Positions 14,217-29,289 are shown, counted from the stretch's first letter. The stretch is DNA of 64,000 nt from Octopus vulgaris (GCA_951406725.2 OX597822.1:16244001-16308000), one strand, 5' to 3'. Made by a program: numbers and translations. The notes: generated by a model not told the origin, from the letters alone.

Positions 14217-14416
14217 TAAGAGGGGTGCTGAAAAGTTCTTTTAAATGTGTCGCGAAAGGTTTGGTTGGACCCCAACCTCCGAGTTCTTTAGAAAAACTGA
14301 AGGACCGCTGCAATAAGTGTGTCAATCTCAGAATGGAATATGTTGACTAAAATAATAACTGAGCTTCCTGTATGTTCTTTTACCCAAAGCTAGGAACCTT
14401 ACAGCATCCTCTCGTA
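14217..14416 (+). mobile_element. Mariner-derived MITE (~200 bp internal deletion derivative)
   Basis: Degenerate TIRs ta-agaggggtgctgaaaagttc and gaaccttacagcatcctctcg-ta; interior encodes the transposase C-terminus EKLKDRCNKCVNLRMEYVD*. Confidence 0.8.
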
Positions 14417-14420
14417 CCAG

Positions 14421-15202
14421 TATGAGGTAGCATCAAAAGGTTACCAGACTAGTTCTGTTGCGAGCCAACATAGGGCAGCACACGGTTGGATGAGGCGAGT
14501 GACATCACTGTGATTCCTTCGCAAGTTGTGAAATTTGTGTTGCTGTGATTACGTGTATATTGTAGTCAGCGATTTTGTCATGGAAAGGAACAAAGTGCCA
14601 ACGAGAAATTTTGCGATAAACTGGGGAGTATGCTTCGGCAAGCTTACGTCGACGAGGCAATGGGTTGCACGCATTGTTTCAAGCGGCATGGGTGCTTCAA
14701 AAGCGGAAGATGATGAGCGGTCAGGAAAACCTGACACGAGCGTCACCCAGGGCCAGACCGGCAATCGAGAGTTCTAGCCCGACGTTTCAAAGCACTTGCG
14801 AGAGACATTCAGCAAAAGTAACGGGAGCTGTGAAGCACGAAAAATTGAATTCTTCACCGAGCTCTCCTCACTGGTGAGTTTCTCGCCGAAAACAACAAGG
14901 TGTCGCTTCTGCACCCGCCCTGTTCTCCTGATTTAACGCCTGCATATTTCCATCTCTTCCCCAAGAGGAAAATGCCGCTCAAAGGGCGTCGTATTAACAC
15001 AGTTGTCGAGATTTAGTGCGAATCGCAGAAGGTCCTTGACTCGCTTATGCAAAACAACTTCCAGACCGGATTCCGAAAGTGGGAGGAACACTGCGACCGA
15101 TATATTGCTGCACGAGGGGATTATTTCGAAGGGGATGAGGTTAAAACTTAAGTAAATACGTTATTTTTTATATTAAGCATAACTATTCCGAGAACGTTTT
15201 GA
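14421..15202 (+). mobile_element. Second degenerate, internally deleted mariner
   Basis: tatgaggtagcatcaaaaggtt left TIR-like; EDDERSGKP, HPPCSPDLTPAYFHLFPKRKMPLKGRR and GDYFEGD remnants; partial right TIR ttccgagaacgttttga. Confidence 0.8.
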
Positions 15203-15410
15203 GCTGGCAGAAACGTTAGCACGCCGGGCGAAATGCTTAGCGGTAATTCGTCTGTCTTTACGTTCTGAGTTCAAATTCCGCCGAGGTCGACTTTGCCTTT
15301 CATCCTTTCGGGGTCGATAAATTAAGTACAAGTTGCGTACTGGGGTCGATCTAATCAACTGGCCCCCTTCCCAAAAATGTCGGGCCTTGTGCCTAGAGTA
15401 GAAAAGAATA
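15199..15410 (+). mobile_element. SINE family A (tail-2 type)
   Basis: tgagctggcagaaacgttagc head, gagttcaaattcc B-box, gtcgactttgcctttcatcctttcggggtcgataaattaagtac core, gggccttgtgcctagagtagaaaag tail. Confidence 0.88.
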
Positions 15411-16727
15411 ATAACGTTTGTCTTGCTTTAATGTTTGTTGTCCTTTTTAACAATGATACACACACACACATACAGATATATAATTGTATGCATTAGGTGT
15501 TGGAATGTGTTGAATACTTACAGCTTCGTATCTGATAACGCATCGAAATTTATCAGATATGTGATTATGAATCACATGAATAGAAGATTGGCAAACATTT
15601 CGATAATTATAGAATTTGGAATTGATTACGTAAGAAGTTTAAACAACTTAATTTTTTGATGGACAAGATTAATCTCATTATATTTTATTTACTGAGAAGT
15701 TTAGTTAAAATATAAACAGACTATATTAAACATTAGAGAAAACATGATAAAGACATATACTTCCAAGAAATACTTGGGTAAATATATTGGGAAAGATTTA
15801 GAACAGAATCAACAGAAAATATCCATCGTGATTGCTGCAGAACATGGAATATATATTGTTTACGAGTCCCAAACTGGAAATTATTTTAAATTCTGAATAG
15901 TAAAGTTGCTAAACATGGGTTATAAATAAATTTATTTCATTTGTATCGCTTTCTATGCAGAGGTAAATACTGCAAATGAACAAAGACCGTGCACACTGAG
16001 AGTTGTTAACTGAACAAACGATGTGCTGTTTATCAACTTATTTTGCACATGATAAATACATTTCAACAAAGAATCCACGGATTTTGACAGTTTATTTTTC
16101 ACTAATCTTGAAATATAGTGTGTAATGACTTTAGGGAAAGACTTACGAGACTATGTGACAGATGTAAAAGTTACTTAATGAGAAAAGCTCGTGCAAGTAT
16201 CTAGTCATATCTTTAATGCGATAATGGTATCTTTCAAACTGAATACGCTGTAATGAAGTATTGTTTCTGAATGACAAGTTACGGAAAGTTATCTCATAAA
16301 GTTGCACTTCATAAGATGGAGAAAAATAATATCAATACATCTGTTCGAAAATGTAATTATGTGCTTCAAAACTGCCAAATAATGAGAATTTGTGGGGTTT
16401 ATTCTTGTTGTATTCTGCATGTTGAGATTGACGTTCTGATTTTCGTTGATAATAGAGATGATGCGGGAAGACATTGAAATTTACATTGTGAAATGCAGAA
16501 TACTTATTACGTAATCTTGCGATCAAATAAATTTCTATGAATCATTTTATCATAACGCGTATTGCCAACTGATTTAAAGGCGTTGAGCCTAATTCAATAT
16601 AGAAATAAATTCTCATTCCTCTTCAGTAAACATGTCAGAATAATATTTTAGAATGAAATGAGTTGTAACCTAAGATAATTTACGTAACATTCATAGAGGT
16701 AAATTTCTTTTTGCACTGTATATTGAA

Positions 16728-16784
<57 letters not shown>

Positions 16785-18426
16785 TGTGTTTCTGTGTACA
16801 GTTTGTGAGAAAATGTGAAATTATATCCGATACAAATAAGCCCGAAATTCACGGTACGTTAGGGCTAACATTCTGTGAATCAATCATGCATTTACATTTT
16901 CGCTGGCAGAATATGACAGACAAATTGTTGCAAACCAATTTCTTAAGATATAATATTGGTGCAAATATATAACAGAGACCAGAGCTGAATCCTATACATG
17001 TGGTATTTATACTTAATTTAATGTGAAAATCGTAATTTATACACTAGCAGTAATTTTGTATTGAAATATATTATTACTATAATATGCGATGTCGCAATAA
17101 CTAACGTTATATAGCATGTGTGTTGTGCCAAATAAGATACATAGTTAATCTTCATACCTAATATCATTTCAGTTCTTCAATCTTTAGCGTTCAGATTTCA
17201 AATACCACCGCTGTCAACTCATATGTTAACCTCAATGCTGATAGTAATCCCAATCGATTAAGTATCAGGCAATTACAAGCATTGCTTTATTCAATTATAT
17301 CCGGAAAATATGCGATCAGTTGCTGCTCAATATTTGTTTCTTTTCCTTCTAAATATGTGCGCAAATTTAACGAGTATACTAGAGGTGTACATTTAATCTG
17401 CAGCTAGAGGACGAAGAACAACGTATACTGGTATCATAGCAAAACTCTGTGAATACCATAATACATCACAAAACAATTCAATTACGTTAATTTGCTAGCT
17501 TATTCATTAACGAATGTGTAATCATGGAATTCTGCAACAACCTCATCAAACCAGATGTTATGCTACTGCACGGATTTCTTAGGCATGTATTTAATTTTTA
17601 GTGAGCCATGCTTTGAGCCAAGCTTTCACTAACAAAAGCTATGGAAAGCCAATCGAATAGATACATCTGTTCTTAGGTAGTTGACTGGAAGCGCCGTCCT
17701 ATTTAACACCGTCACAGGCTGAAGCTGCAAACCTTGTGGCCAAGGTTTCGATATCAAAATAACCCATGAGCCGTAGTTTGTTCCTCCGTTTCCGAAGGTC
17801 AGCAGAAAATCATACATTCTACCGTTCACCATTAAATTAAGCTACAAAAATATATTATCATTAGTATGTCGTTGGATCAATAACTGGAATTATTTCATAG
17901 TAAATTGGACCCTTCGCCGTCGGGTGGCAAAGAAAATAATTTCTCACTACTGCTGTCTATCACAACGTATTATGTTAGTTTGCTTATACCATGTTTTTAT
18001 CAGTTTCTAAATATAAATCCAACTTTCTATCAACTCTTCATAATCGGCTGCAGTGCATTAAGAGGATGCATTCATATGCTAATTACAGAAAAGTCTTCCG
18101 GACTTATTTCTCGATATAAATTCGAAGTTGCCTTCTCACTTCGCTTTTGCTTCTCCCAGATATTTATTGTTCAGAAAATTTAATTTGCATTATATTAAAA
18201 TTCAAGTCATGTACATCTCTGTAAATAATGATGCTATAGAATATATTTTCTACTAAATATTTCATAAATATTTGCTCCATCAATACCTCCTAATATATCC
18301 TTTTCGGCATACAGACAAAAATGGTTAATTCATATTTCATTTCAAACTTCTCACTTCCATCACATCTCTCTCTTCCTGTTAAGCCATTCATTGATGTGAA
18401 CATATTCATTCAGTTATTCCAACCTA

Positions 18427-18462
<36 letters not shown>

Positions 18463-18477
18463 ATATATGTATTTAAG

Positions 18478-18628
18478 GATTCCGCCGAGGTCGACTTTGC
18501 CTTTCATCCTTTCGGGGTCGATAAATTAAGTACCAGTTACGCACTGGGGTTAATATAATAGACTTGATCCCTTTGTCTGTCCTTGTTTGTCCCCTCTGTG
18601 TTTAGGCCCTTGTGGGTAGTAAAGAAAA
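18478..18628 (+). mobile_element. SINE family A, 5'-truncated (tail-1 type)
   Basis: Core matches 15275-15330; tail tttgtctgtccttgtttgtcccctctgtgttt..ccttgtgggtagtaaagaaa. Confidence 0.85.
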
Positions 18629-19220
18629 TTATATATATTTCAGGATCACATCCTTGATAAATAAGAAGGTATATTTCAAATCTGGGCCTAAATTTGATCG
18701 CTTAAACATAATTTTGAAACTTATTTACTCATAATGTCCTCCACAAATTCGATCACAATATATCCAACAAATTTACCATGTATTTTCTTGGTGTTAGAGT
18801 ATGGCAAGATCTTTCAACGCAGTCCTTTCAATGTATTAAAAATTGTAAAGAGGTTTGTTCCTTTATTGCGAAGAAGTCGGTTCATGTAGTCAGTTCTTCA
18901 TGTCTTCAGTTTATTCAATAGAGAATTATTTTATATACTATCCAACTGTGTCTGTTAATGGAACATCAAAATCAGACTTCTCAGCCTCTGTAAAACCGAA
19001 CGCCTTTTGGCTATGTAAAACAATATCACGTAATGTGTTTGTTTGCAAACAACTACTTACACGCATGCACATATACGCATATAAACACAAACATACATAA
19101 GCGCACACATATATGTACACGCACATATGAACACATATTCATATGTGTGTGTATGTGTGTGCGTTTGTGTGTGAAACATATATACCTGTTTGTGTATTTA
19201 TATTAATCGTATATCAAGAT

Positions 19221-19289
<69 letters not shown>

Positions 19290-19418
19290 TAAAATCGCAT
19301 ACGTACAAGCATACCTACCTATCTGTCTATCTCGCTTCTTTATCTCTCTCTCTCTTTATATATATATATATATATATTATATATTATATATGTATATATA
19401 TATGTGTGTGTGTGTGTG

Positions 19419-19449
<31 letters not shown>

Positions 19450-19476
19450 GTATATATATATTATACATATATGTGT

Positions 19477-19516
<40 letters not shown>

Positions 19517-19779
19517 CCAAGAATTTCACTTTGGTGGGAAACTTTTCTATAAGTCTTCTTTCTTCAGATGCTCTATCATCCTTATTATGATCAACATTAC
19601 ACTTTCTCATAAATTTATCATTTTCGTGTTTTCCGAACATTTCAAGAAAGCAATTATTAATAGTTAAAGATGCCTTTTGAAACCAACAGTCAATAGATTA
19701 TTTGATAAATCTGACTCTCCAAATCCTCACATTCTTTGTTAGTTCTCTTGCATACACACACACACACACACACACGCAT

Positions 19780-19855
<76 letters not shown>

Positions 19856-22177
19856 CGCGCGCGTGTATGGCAACGATGTATGAGTTTAGGAGCTGTATTA
19901 TATTCGAACACAATAATATTCTAATTTTGGTGTCTTGAAATTGCCTGCTCATAATATTGTATCCCTTTGTGAGGGTTTCGACAGCAAATACAGACAGATA
20001 TAACACTAATTCGATTAATTCTATTTCTGGTTGGTTTAGGACAGCGCAAAAATGGCTAATTTACTTTAGCATCTCTCAATTCTTATTAAGACATTTCATT
20101 CAAGTGAAGATTTTTATATATTTATTCCAATCTTTGCAGTTTTTTATTCAATGATTTAAGATCCTTGACAAAGTTTTAAGTAGTTACATTATCACGAAGA
20201 TATTTTGCTGCTAATATATGACTAAACTGCAAAGTTTATCTATATCGATGTAGTGATGTTCGTTTGGTATTTTGAGATATTGCATTTCTATTCACAAAGT
20301 CATTGTGTCATTCTGAAAATAAGGACCACGCTAAACTTTATCTAAATCCTAAGGAAATATGTTCTCATTATTGAATAGTTGCTTAATTTAAATAATAATA
20401 ATCTTATAACAGTGCATCTGGCTTTCAAAAAATAGAGTTTCAATTAACATCATCTCTTTCGAAATAGATTAGTGTTCAAGAAATCTTGTTTCTGATGTCA
20501 CCTCATGGAGAAGACCACTAGTTTAAAGTTATTTCAATGCGTCTGTCATTAACTGCCAAATTTACACGATTTTAACAAAATTAAAATGTATCTATGTTTT
20601 ACATATTTCAATGTAGATGATCGGCAAATTCATGGAAACAAGAACACGCTCATGATTCCACACACATACACAAACACACATGCACACACATGAAATGAAC
20701 ACATCCATGTTCACATGTAGAACAACACAGTTATCCACCTTTACTGTTTCACTTCACTGTGAGAAATCTGTGAGAAATCTTAGTAAAAATAAAATTAATT
20801 CATTGAGCGATCAACTGAAGTCACAAGAACATCACAAAGGATTTTTTTTACTAATGAAAACTTTAACAATATGAGTAAAATTTTGGGGTCTCAATGCGCT
20901 GCGCATGTGGCCGATGAGCGTATCTGCAAAACGAGAAGATGGCAAACACGCATAATTTGCGAGTAAATCGGTACATTTAACAACTGGGTTTAATCAATTA
21001 ATTTTCTTGGTCTCCAAAAATCAACAGCGATGATAATTTAGCGGTATCGACATATCAATTCAAGGCATCAATATAATAGACAAGAGTTCAACTTCCAAAA
21101 TGCCACCAAAGTATGGGTGATCTATGAATTCATTTCGTGCAACATACGAAATAGATTATACCATAATTCAACGTGAATATATCTCTTAATTACATGTAAT
21201 TGAAACTTAGGAGTAAAATACATGATATATTACAGCATGGAAATTCAACGTAAATGCAATTATAAAATGAACGGAATAAATGTAGAATTTCTTGAGACAA
21301 AAACTGGTCATTTTAAGTTTCTATTTTGTTGTTGTTTTTTATGCTTAAACAAATGTTGAAATCATTAATATATATCTGTTGTGGTAAGCGCTGTAAGCGA
21401 AGAAGAATCCGATAAAATTATTCTAGTATCCACTTTTCGATTTCCATTTGCTTACGCTGTATTTGACTTATGCTACCAATTCATTTACAGAATAGATGAA
21501 CACACCGCAAGTTTAATTGATTGGAGTCGAATCATCTCAGTCCAAGTCCTAGAAATGTTCTATGAATTTAGCGATACAGAGAACAGTACAAGTTTACCAG
21601 AAACAAAACTATTTGGGAATTGATTATTAAAATCAATAAAGAAGAAAGGAAAATATTCTTTTATTTTGCGTTGGTTAAAGATCCCATAATTGTGAATAAA
21701 GGGTATAATTTATAGAACACAGCTCTGTACATGCAGGAATTAAGACTTTCACAGCTGACTACAACATATGGTATTAAAAGAAGAAGGTTGAAACTACATA
21801 ATGTTAATAAAAATGTTAATGAAACTCAAGAAAAAACAGAGAGGAATATAAAAATAATAAATAGTAGCACAATGATGATATGAATACCAGTCGTATATTT
21901 CAGAAAGATATCAGTGATATAACATGCATTAGAAAAACTGATATTAAACGAAAGGTACTGTAGTAGCGATTACAATAACTACGACTTATAATGAAAGATA
22001 ATTTAAGGGTTTTACTCAGAAGATTATTCTTTAATAAGAACGAAAATATTACGGGATATATTTTGAAACTGTTGATGAGTGTTAACTTAGGGAGGCAAAC
22101 ATGGCTTTTAGTTCGTTAGCTATTGGATTAATTCAATCCTTTGCATACACTTGTAGGGGAACAATTGCGTGTGGGTG

Positions 22178-22213
22178 TATATATATATATATATATATAC
22201 TATATTATATATA

Positions 22214-22279
<66 letters not shown>

Positions 22280-22352
22280 TATATTATATATATACTATAT
22301 TATATATATTATATATATTATATATTATATATATTATATTATATATATTATA
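22178..22352. repeat. (TA)n / (TATAT)n low-complexity tract
   Basis: Directly visible. Confidence 0.9.
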
Positions 22353-22972
22353 TTTGTCTTTAAAATTATTTGTTTTTTTCTCCCCGACTCGTTTCAGCTA
22401 TGAATTTTGTATGCTTTTCATGGTGCTGCAGCATAACTTCTTGCTATTTCCATAGTTTTATGCTAGATGTGTCTTGGTGAAATAAGAACTTTGATTTTTT
22501 TTCTGTAACTACTTTCACTTTCGCTTTTAAAACATCAGCACTTGTAATCGATTTAACTTCCTCGGATACTGCAGTCAGTGACGTAATGGTTGATTACGTT
22601 TATTGTTTGACTAGTCACATGAGAACTGATTTTATTCCTTGAAATAACAAGATGCATAGCAAAAGAACGACAAAGGAGAGCCACTGCCAAAGTAAAATTA
22701 ACAAAAAAAGAGAATTAACTGTCGAGAAACAGAATACTTGAGAGAAACAGAAGCTTTTCACGAGTGTAAAACCTACGAACAACATAACTTTATCGTTTTG
22801 TTTCTCTTCCAAATAACATAAAGAGAAAAAAAGAAGAATATATGACTGCATTCAGATAGGAATAAAAATTGCAGGAAGCGTCGAGAGGGAAGGACTGTTC
22901 ATACCACATATGCGCGCGCGCACACACACATAATCACACATATATATATATATATGTATATATATATGTATA

Positions 22973-23003
<31 letters not shown>

Positions 23004-23642
23004 GTACATATGTATGTGTGTGTATGTATAACAGAGAAACCGAGAAAGAAAGAGAGTATGAAAGAAACAACGAAACAAACGCACAAAGGAAACAAAAATA
23101 GAGTGAATAGGAAGTAACAAAGAAAAAAAGTATGGCAATGTGATTTGTTATCGTATAAATAAATTACTAGACATGAGCTGCGGAGGTTATTAAAATTTCT
23201 GTTGTAGTCCCTAGAAGAAAGTAATTGAGATGACACGGATACTAATGGCGAGCAGCAGAATTTTATTCGCGTTTCTTAATATATAGATTTTCTACGTTTT
23301 CTTTGCTTGTTTTACAAATTACTTTTACCGTATTCTATAAGCCCTTACCATTTTCCTTTGAACTGAAAAATTGATCGAAAACGTTCCAGTGGTAACTGTG
23401 CTGGCTTTCACTTTTCAGATACAGTATGGCTTGGACTCTATAATGCAGTTTTCTTTTGTGAAACGGTAGGGAGTTATTTCAGGGAGATGTGTCTGTGAAA
23501 TTTCTCTAGAAATAGTCATCAATCACAACGGCTCAAATCTTTGAAATATATTTCTTCAGATAGCGTCACGACGTTGGCTAGAATTCTTCACAGTTTTACT
23601 TTCAAATGACTACTTTCGCTGTTCAAATGCCGCCGATCCTAC

Positions 23643-23989
23643 CTTGCGGTTATTTGTATCAGTTTTCCTTGCTTCTGAAGTAGGTATTTTTGCAGTCCTA
23701 TGGTGGTTATTTTATAATAGTTTTTTCAGCTGTATAAGGCCTTTACCACCTTCTATACGTTGTATATATAGCCTTTCTATGTAAGATTTTGGGTGGTGCA
23801 TCCTAGATCCTGTCATTATTTTTTTATTTTCTTGTCTAATTTTGGTTAGTTCATTTAGCGTCCAATTAAGGATATTGTAGCTGTAGCTTATAACTGGGAC
23901 GGCTAAAGTTTTAATACCTATTATCTTGTTTTTAGCATTGAGCTCTGTTTTTAGTATTGCTCTCACTCCTCTATAGTATTCTTTCTTTC

Positions 23990-23990
<1 letters not shown>
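23643..23990 (-). mobile_element. R4/Dong-type LINE internal fragment; its 5' end abuts (TAA)n
   Basis: ILKTELNAKNKIIGIKTLAVPVISYS..MHHPKSYIERLYIQRIEGGKGLIQL; closely matches 43920-44260; flanked by (TTA)n at 23990-24062. Confidence 0.88.
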
Positions 23991-24063
<73 letters not shown>

Positions 24064-24706
24064 TCTTAGCTACGCTTGAATATTTATTAATTTCAAAAGT
24101 GTTTAATAAAAATAGAATCAGATTCTATATAACAATGGGTAAGCAGAAAAAATAAAATATTTTGATGATAAAAATAAAACATAAAAGTAAGATAAAATAA
24201 ACTTCCTTTATTAGCGTCTGTCACCCCTGAGAGAAATATTGAGTCAGACAAATAAAATACTATTGGTTAGAATATTAAAATTTTCAGCGTTCCAGAGAAA
24301 ATACCGGAAATATGTATAGTGGAAGAAGATAATGCTTCAGGTTAAAACCATAAATAAATAAGAAGGAAGTATATCTATGCTTATAAGAATAAGGGCATAA
24401 AGCGGGGTCAATATATAAGGATTTAATTAAAACTTATTTTTAAAATAATTTAAATATGATGTCTTGAAAACCGGAAGTAAGAGTTTGTTATATAGCGGAA
24501 ACTGGGAATTTTGTGTACAATGGACAAATAATTAGATAGAGCTGGGGTATATAATTATATAAGCTTATCGATAATATAGCCAAAGTTATGGTTTAAGCAG
24601 CAAAATTTAAAATTTAAGCCCCGTAAGCTATTAGCATAAATAAATAAATAATGGGTTTGATGGACTTACGAAGAGAAAACACCGTAAATAATATTATTAT
24701 TATTAA

Positions 24707-24918
24707 CCTATTAAGTCCCACTGTCCTATAAAAAGTAAATGAGAACATTAAATAAGCTATATTACATCGTCTCAGTGTCCTATTTATTGGACACCGAGTA
24801 TTTCCATTTCTACTTGAAGTAAAGGAGTTTTAAACGTTTTTTTAAAAACCTATTTTCAATCATTTGTAAAATTTTTTAAATAATATTCAGAAATGTAAAT
24901 ACTCTGGGATTTAATGGG
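24707..24918. mobile_element. piggyBac-type MITE (212 bp)
   Basis: TTAA on both sides (24703-24706 and 24919-24922); imperfect TIRs cctattaagtccca and tgggatttaatggg. Confidence 0.75.
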
Positions 24919-25812
24919 TTAAGAGAGAAAGACAATTCAAAAGGAGGTAATTTAAGAAATATCTCTGTACTTAAATATTTAGCCAGAGGATAATTAAAGC
25001 ATGATACAATATAAATATATTAATATATTGTTATCTCCTATATTAATATATCAATATAGAGCCAGTGGATGCGAGGAACAAATATATACTTCAGTCAGAA
25101 ATACAATGTAGTTATGAAACACATGTATATGGACAGGCATAAATAAAAGTTGATAGACAAGGGGAGATAATAAATTAATACATTACTGGAACCAAATCAA
25201 AACAGATTACTGAAATTAATGAATGAGAGAAAAAAAAAGCTACCACTTAACTACGCAATAACATACAATATCTTATGCTATTAACTTATTTTGTTTTATT
25301 TTAGGGTTTTTGAATTTTCCCGTGTATATTATCTAATTATATTGCATTATGATCGACCCAAAAGAATCCACCGTTAACTATAGTCATTCTTTTGATTGCA
25401 TACACATTTAATCTTTAATTATCAGCTATTTTATGGATTTCCCCCTTATTTTTAATCTAATTTATACTTTATTTTTTAATTTTTAATTTCTATTTTATTC
25501 CCTTATCAGTTTACTAATACTAATTTACGCACTGCTTATCTGCAGCATTAGTATTGGTGCTTAATACATTGTAATATATTGCAATTATACTCATACACCT
25601 ACTTTCGCATTTTCTTTTATTTAACACCCTAGAATGATATATTGTTCTATTCTTACTTGTATTATAACTCCAATAAATATTCTACCTTCCTTCTCTTTGT
25701 AAGGTTTATACCATGTTTTATATATATATATATATATATGTTTTATCAGTTAACGGTTTGGAGCCATATACTCAAGAAGCAGGAATAGGAACATCTAATT
25801 GTATATCTTTAG

Positions 25813-25899
25813 CCAACTCTGATGAAATTCTACTTTTAAATGGTTTTAATTATGGTAATTAATTTCCAAAGATCTGCAATCGAAACAGCTGTCAGAGAC
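25813..25899 (+). ncRNA. Degenerate type I hammerhead ribozyme motif
   Basis: CTGATGA (25819-25825)...GAAA-CAGCTG-TC-agagac (25882-25899); palindromic stem III; stems I and II partly decayed. Confidence 0.55.
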
Positions 25900-26142
25900 G
25901 ATGAATAATATTTTATTAATAAATAGTAATTAATTATCTCTCTATCTTCTTATCTTCTTAAAATATATATAAACCACAGTTTATCTACTTTCGTTACAGT
26001 TGAATATTAATTATAATGTTCAACACTTTTTGAATAGGTAACTAACCAGTATTTTCATTTGATTTTATCATCCTTTAATGAGATATGTAAATTTTATTTG
26101 TGTATGTATATATGTGTGTGTGCATGTGTGTGTATGTATATA

Positions 26143-26149
<7 letters not shown>

Positions 26150-26175
<26 letters not shown>

Positions 26176-26285
26176 ATTTACGTCCCAGTAACTTAGTTCA
26201 GCGAAAGTAACTTATAGAGTAAGTACCGGGCTAAAACAAAAACAAGACTGGGGTCGATCCTTCGACTAGAATTCTTCAAGGCTAT
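26150..26285 (+). mobile_element. SINE family B degenerate 3' part
   Basis: gtatttacgtcccagtaacttag..atagagtaagtacc..ctggggtcgat..ttcgacta. Confidence 0.6.
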
Positions 26286-29159
26286 AGTTTTATGACCCTT
26301 ATACCAGAGCTGCTCCAGCAGAGTTATACAGTTGCAGCAGTATTCTTGTAGCAGTTGTTTCACTGACAATCTTCATTAGCCTTCTTCAGTCATCCCAGTT
26401 GCAATACAACATTACAACATGATCTCTTGATTTGTTTCATGCTTTCAATGCAGTAATCGTATCTATCAATTACCCAGCCTAAATATTTACGCTTCCTCAT
26501 CTTTCTCCAAAACTTTATCCATGTTGCCACAGGAAGGGACAAATGTAGTTGACGTTTTTCATAACTGTCTCGCTTCTTTTTCGCTCTAAATATGTGTCAT
26601 GGATTTTAAAAATCGGTGTTATTGCAGAAATGATTAAAAATGTCATTAATTTTATCATTCTTAAACTGTCAATGTAAACTATTTTCGTTCTTTTTTTTCT
26701 CTCTTACAATTATTGACAGATGAAAGAGAGAAAAATAAAAAATAAAGACCCCGAACATTTTTATTGTGCGAAATGTCAGATACTTGTTTTTGTGTTTCTG
26801 TGAGAGGTTTCACAAATATTTTCCTCAAGTGAAATAAAAAGATGTACTCATGTGTGTGTACATACATTCATACAAGCACACACACTATATATATATGTTG
26901 TTTTGTATTGCCGTTGTGTGTGTGTAGGAGGCAATGAGTACATATGGGCATATGAACGTAGTTTTCTGCATGTGATAATTCGATAATTAATGGAAAACTT
27001 TTGTGCAGCTTAAACAACTGAGAAATATAATTTAATGATTCGTATAACAATTTTATATTCTTTTATTGCAACTTTATTGTTTTTTTTTTATTTCTGACTA
27101 TAGTTTTCATTTGAAAATTGAAGAGAAAGCAAATAACATGAAGCTGTCTCAACATGTGCTTCTGTCAAACATTTTAAAATAAGAAACATTTCAAAATTGA
27201 CTTCAAAATTCATAGAAATTTCTAAAATTGATTAGATGTGTTTAATACACTAAAACGTTGGTCAAAACAAAATTCTAAATATCATTACGATTGCAAATAT
27301 TAAAACAGACTTGAAATAATCATATTTCGAAACTTGATTAAAACTTGTTAAACATTTACTCTCAATTATGATATAATTTATGAAAACTATATTTAATTAT
27401 GTTTTTGGTTACGACTATAAACTTGCTAGTATTTAATCAGCGTCTCGTGTTTTCTCTCATACAGAAAACACTTAACAGACAACCAGCGAATTGGCGGAGT
27501 TGTTAGAGTCTCATATAAAATAAGATGTAATACTTGGCCTCTTTCCTCTATACACTCCAAGTTCAAACCCTGCCCATTTCCAATTTACGCATTATCACCT
27601 CAGAGTCGATGGGAGTGTAGACCACAAGTTTCCTTTGTTTCACACCGCTTATTCTTTGCCGAAACCTTCATTCTCTGCCTCTATAAAACGCTTTGTGGTC
27701 AGCATTTATTTTATTAGAGAGACTGGATGACAACGGATCAATATTTGTCTTTTCTAATACTTCCTTGTTCATCGGGAGAGTTCTTCATCAGTCATTTTGT
27801 ATTCTTTAGTAGAAATCATAATTATTGTTTTGGTGGTAGATGCGATTTCCTCTATTCGTACCTGTTTTGAACATGTTCTTTATTACAGCGATTATTATCC
27901 AGATTGAAACTTAAATGTCCACACTAATTATATCAGTTCTTTTCACTTCGACATTTCCCGACATCCACTCTAGCATTATTTTCTTCAAAGACCAAACTGT
28001 CTATCAATGTTCAGAACATTTCACCCTTATCCCTGATAATTATAACTGGGAAATGTTCCTGGATCTTTTTCTATCTAGATTTTCTTTTTTGGTAGCAGGT
28101 ACATTATAGCCTGTTGTCTATTACTTTCTTAAACAGCGATCACTTTTTTTGTTCTTGTTCCCTACTACTTGATTAATGTAATTAATTTCACTATGCTTGC
28201 TTGTACAGAATAAAATTTAACAAATATTTTCTAATCCCGATCTCGGGTACGACAATTCCAGAATTTATCAGATTTACTCTCGATTAGTTTTGATGTTATT
28301 ACAATGTAGACACAACGTGGAATTTTAGCATTTTCAAAACTTTTAATTCGACATGATTTCAATGTAATTTCAGCGTCATTTCATTTAGAAGCAAGCCATT
28401 TCCATGTCAGTCATACTGTTTATATAAGAACTTTCATCACTGCGGAAAGATCAAGTTAAAATACTTTGTGTCTTGTAAGTAAATAGGAAAGAATTACAGT
28501 TAAAAAAAATGCCACATGTTCTCTTGTGGGCCCGGTATTGATTTGGAGTAAATATGGTAAGATATGGTTAAGCCTTACGATGAATTAATTAATAATCTCT
28601 ACACACATAACACATACGTCGGCACCAAAATAGGCAAACACACACGCACATGTGCATCTACGTGTGTTTCTCTCTCTCTCTCTCTCTTTCTCTCTCACTC
28701 TCTCTCTCTCTCTCTTGCTATATATATATATATGTATGCAAATGTATGTGTGCGTGTCGAGAGAGAGAGAGGGAGAGAGCTGAAGCATTGCTGGAATATT
28801 CTGGTGATTTGATGAGCTAGATTTCTTCATGTGCATTGTTTGTATAATGCTTAGCATGCATATTAGAGCAGCCATGTAAACATTATTTACTATACACTGA
28901 ACTTATTATTAAATGATGAACTTGAAAACACGGTCATAAATCTAAAGATGAAAAGTGGTTCAATAAATATATTTACCTCTGATACACGCTGACATTTTAT
29001 GAGATATATACTCCTGATGAAATTATTTCATCGGTCGGATCTCATGAATTTCACCTACATAGTAGTCTGAAGTGTGCCCTTTCGTATTGGATTGGTATGT
29101 AGTCTGTTACAGGAGCTTTCAGTGATAGCTGCATGATTCTATGAATCCTTATATTGCAC

Positions 29160-29216
<57 letters not shown>

Positions 29217-29289
29217 GTAGACCGGCAGGCAGGTAGGTGGGTAGATAGATAGGTAAGTAGGTAGGTATACAGGTAGGAAGGTAGTTTGG

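Noticed and set aside
14422-14440. let-7-like tgaggtag
   Set aside because: Only 8 nt match; part of a mariner TIR
18640-18960. Possible minus-strand transposase C-terminus (GGHYE*)
   Set aside because: Single short motif with no TIR; insufficient support
26300-26540. Possible LINE relic (KYLG on minus strand); a similar hint at 52750-53400
   Set aside because: Too decayed to support without a homology search
29013-29035. CTGATGA followed by a hairpin
   Set aside because: No GAAA-stem III; just a short local palindrome
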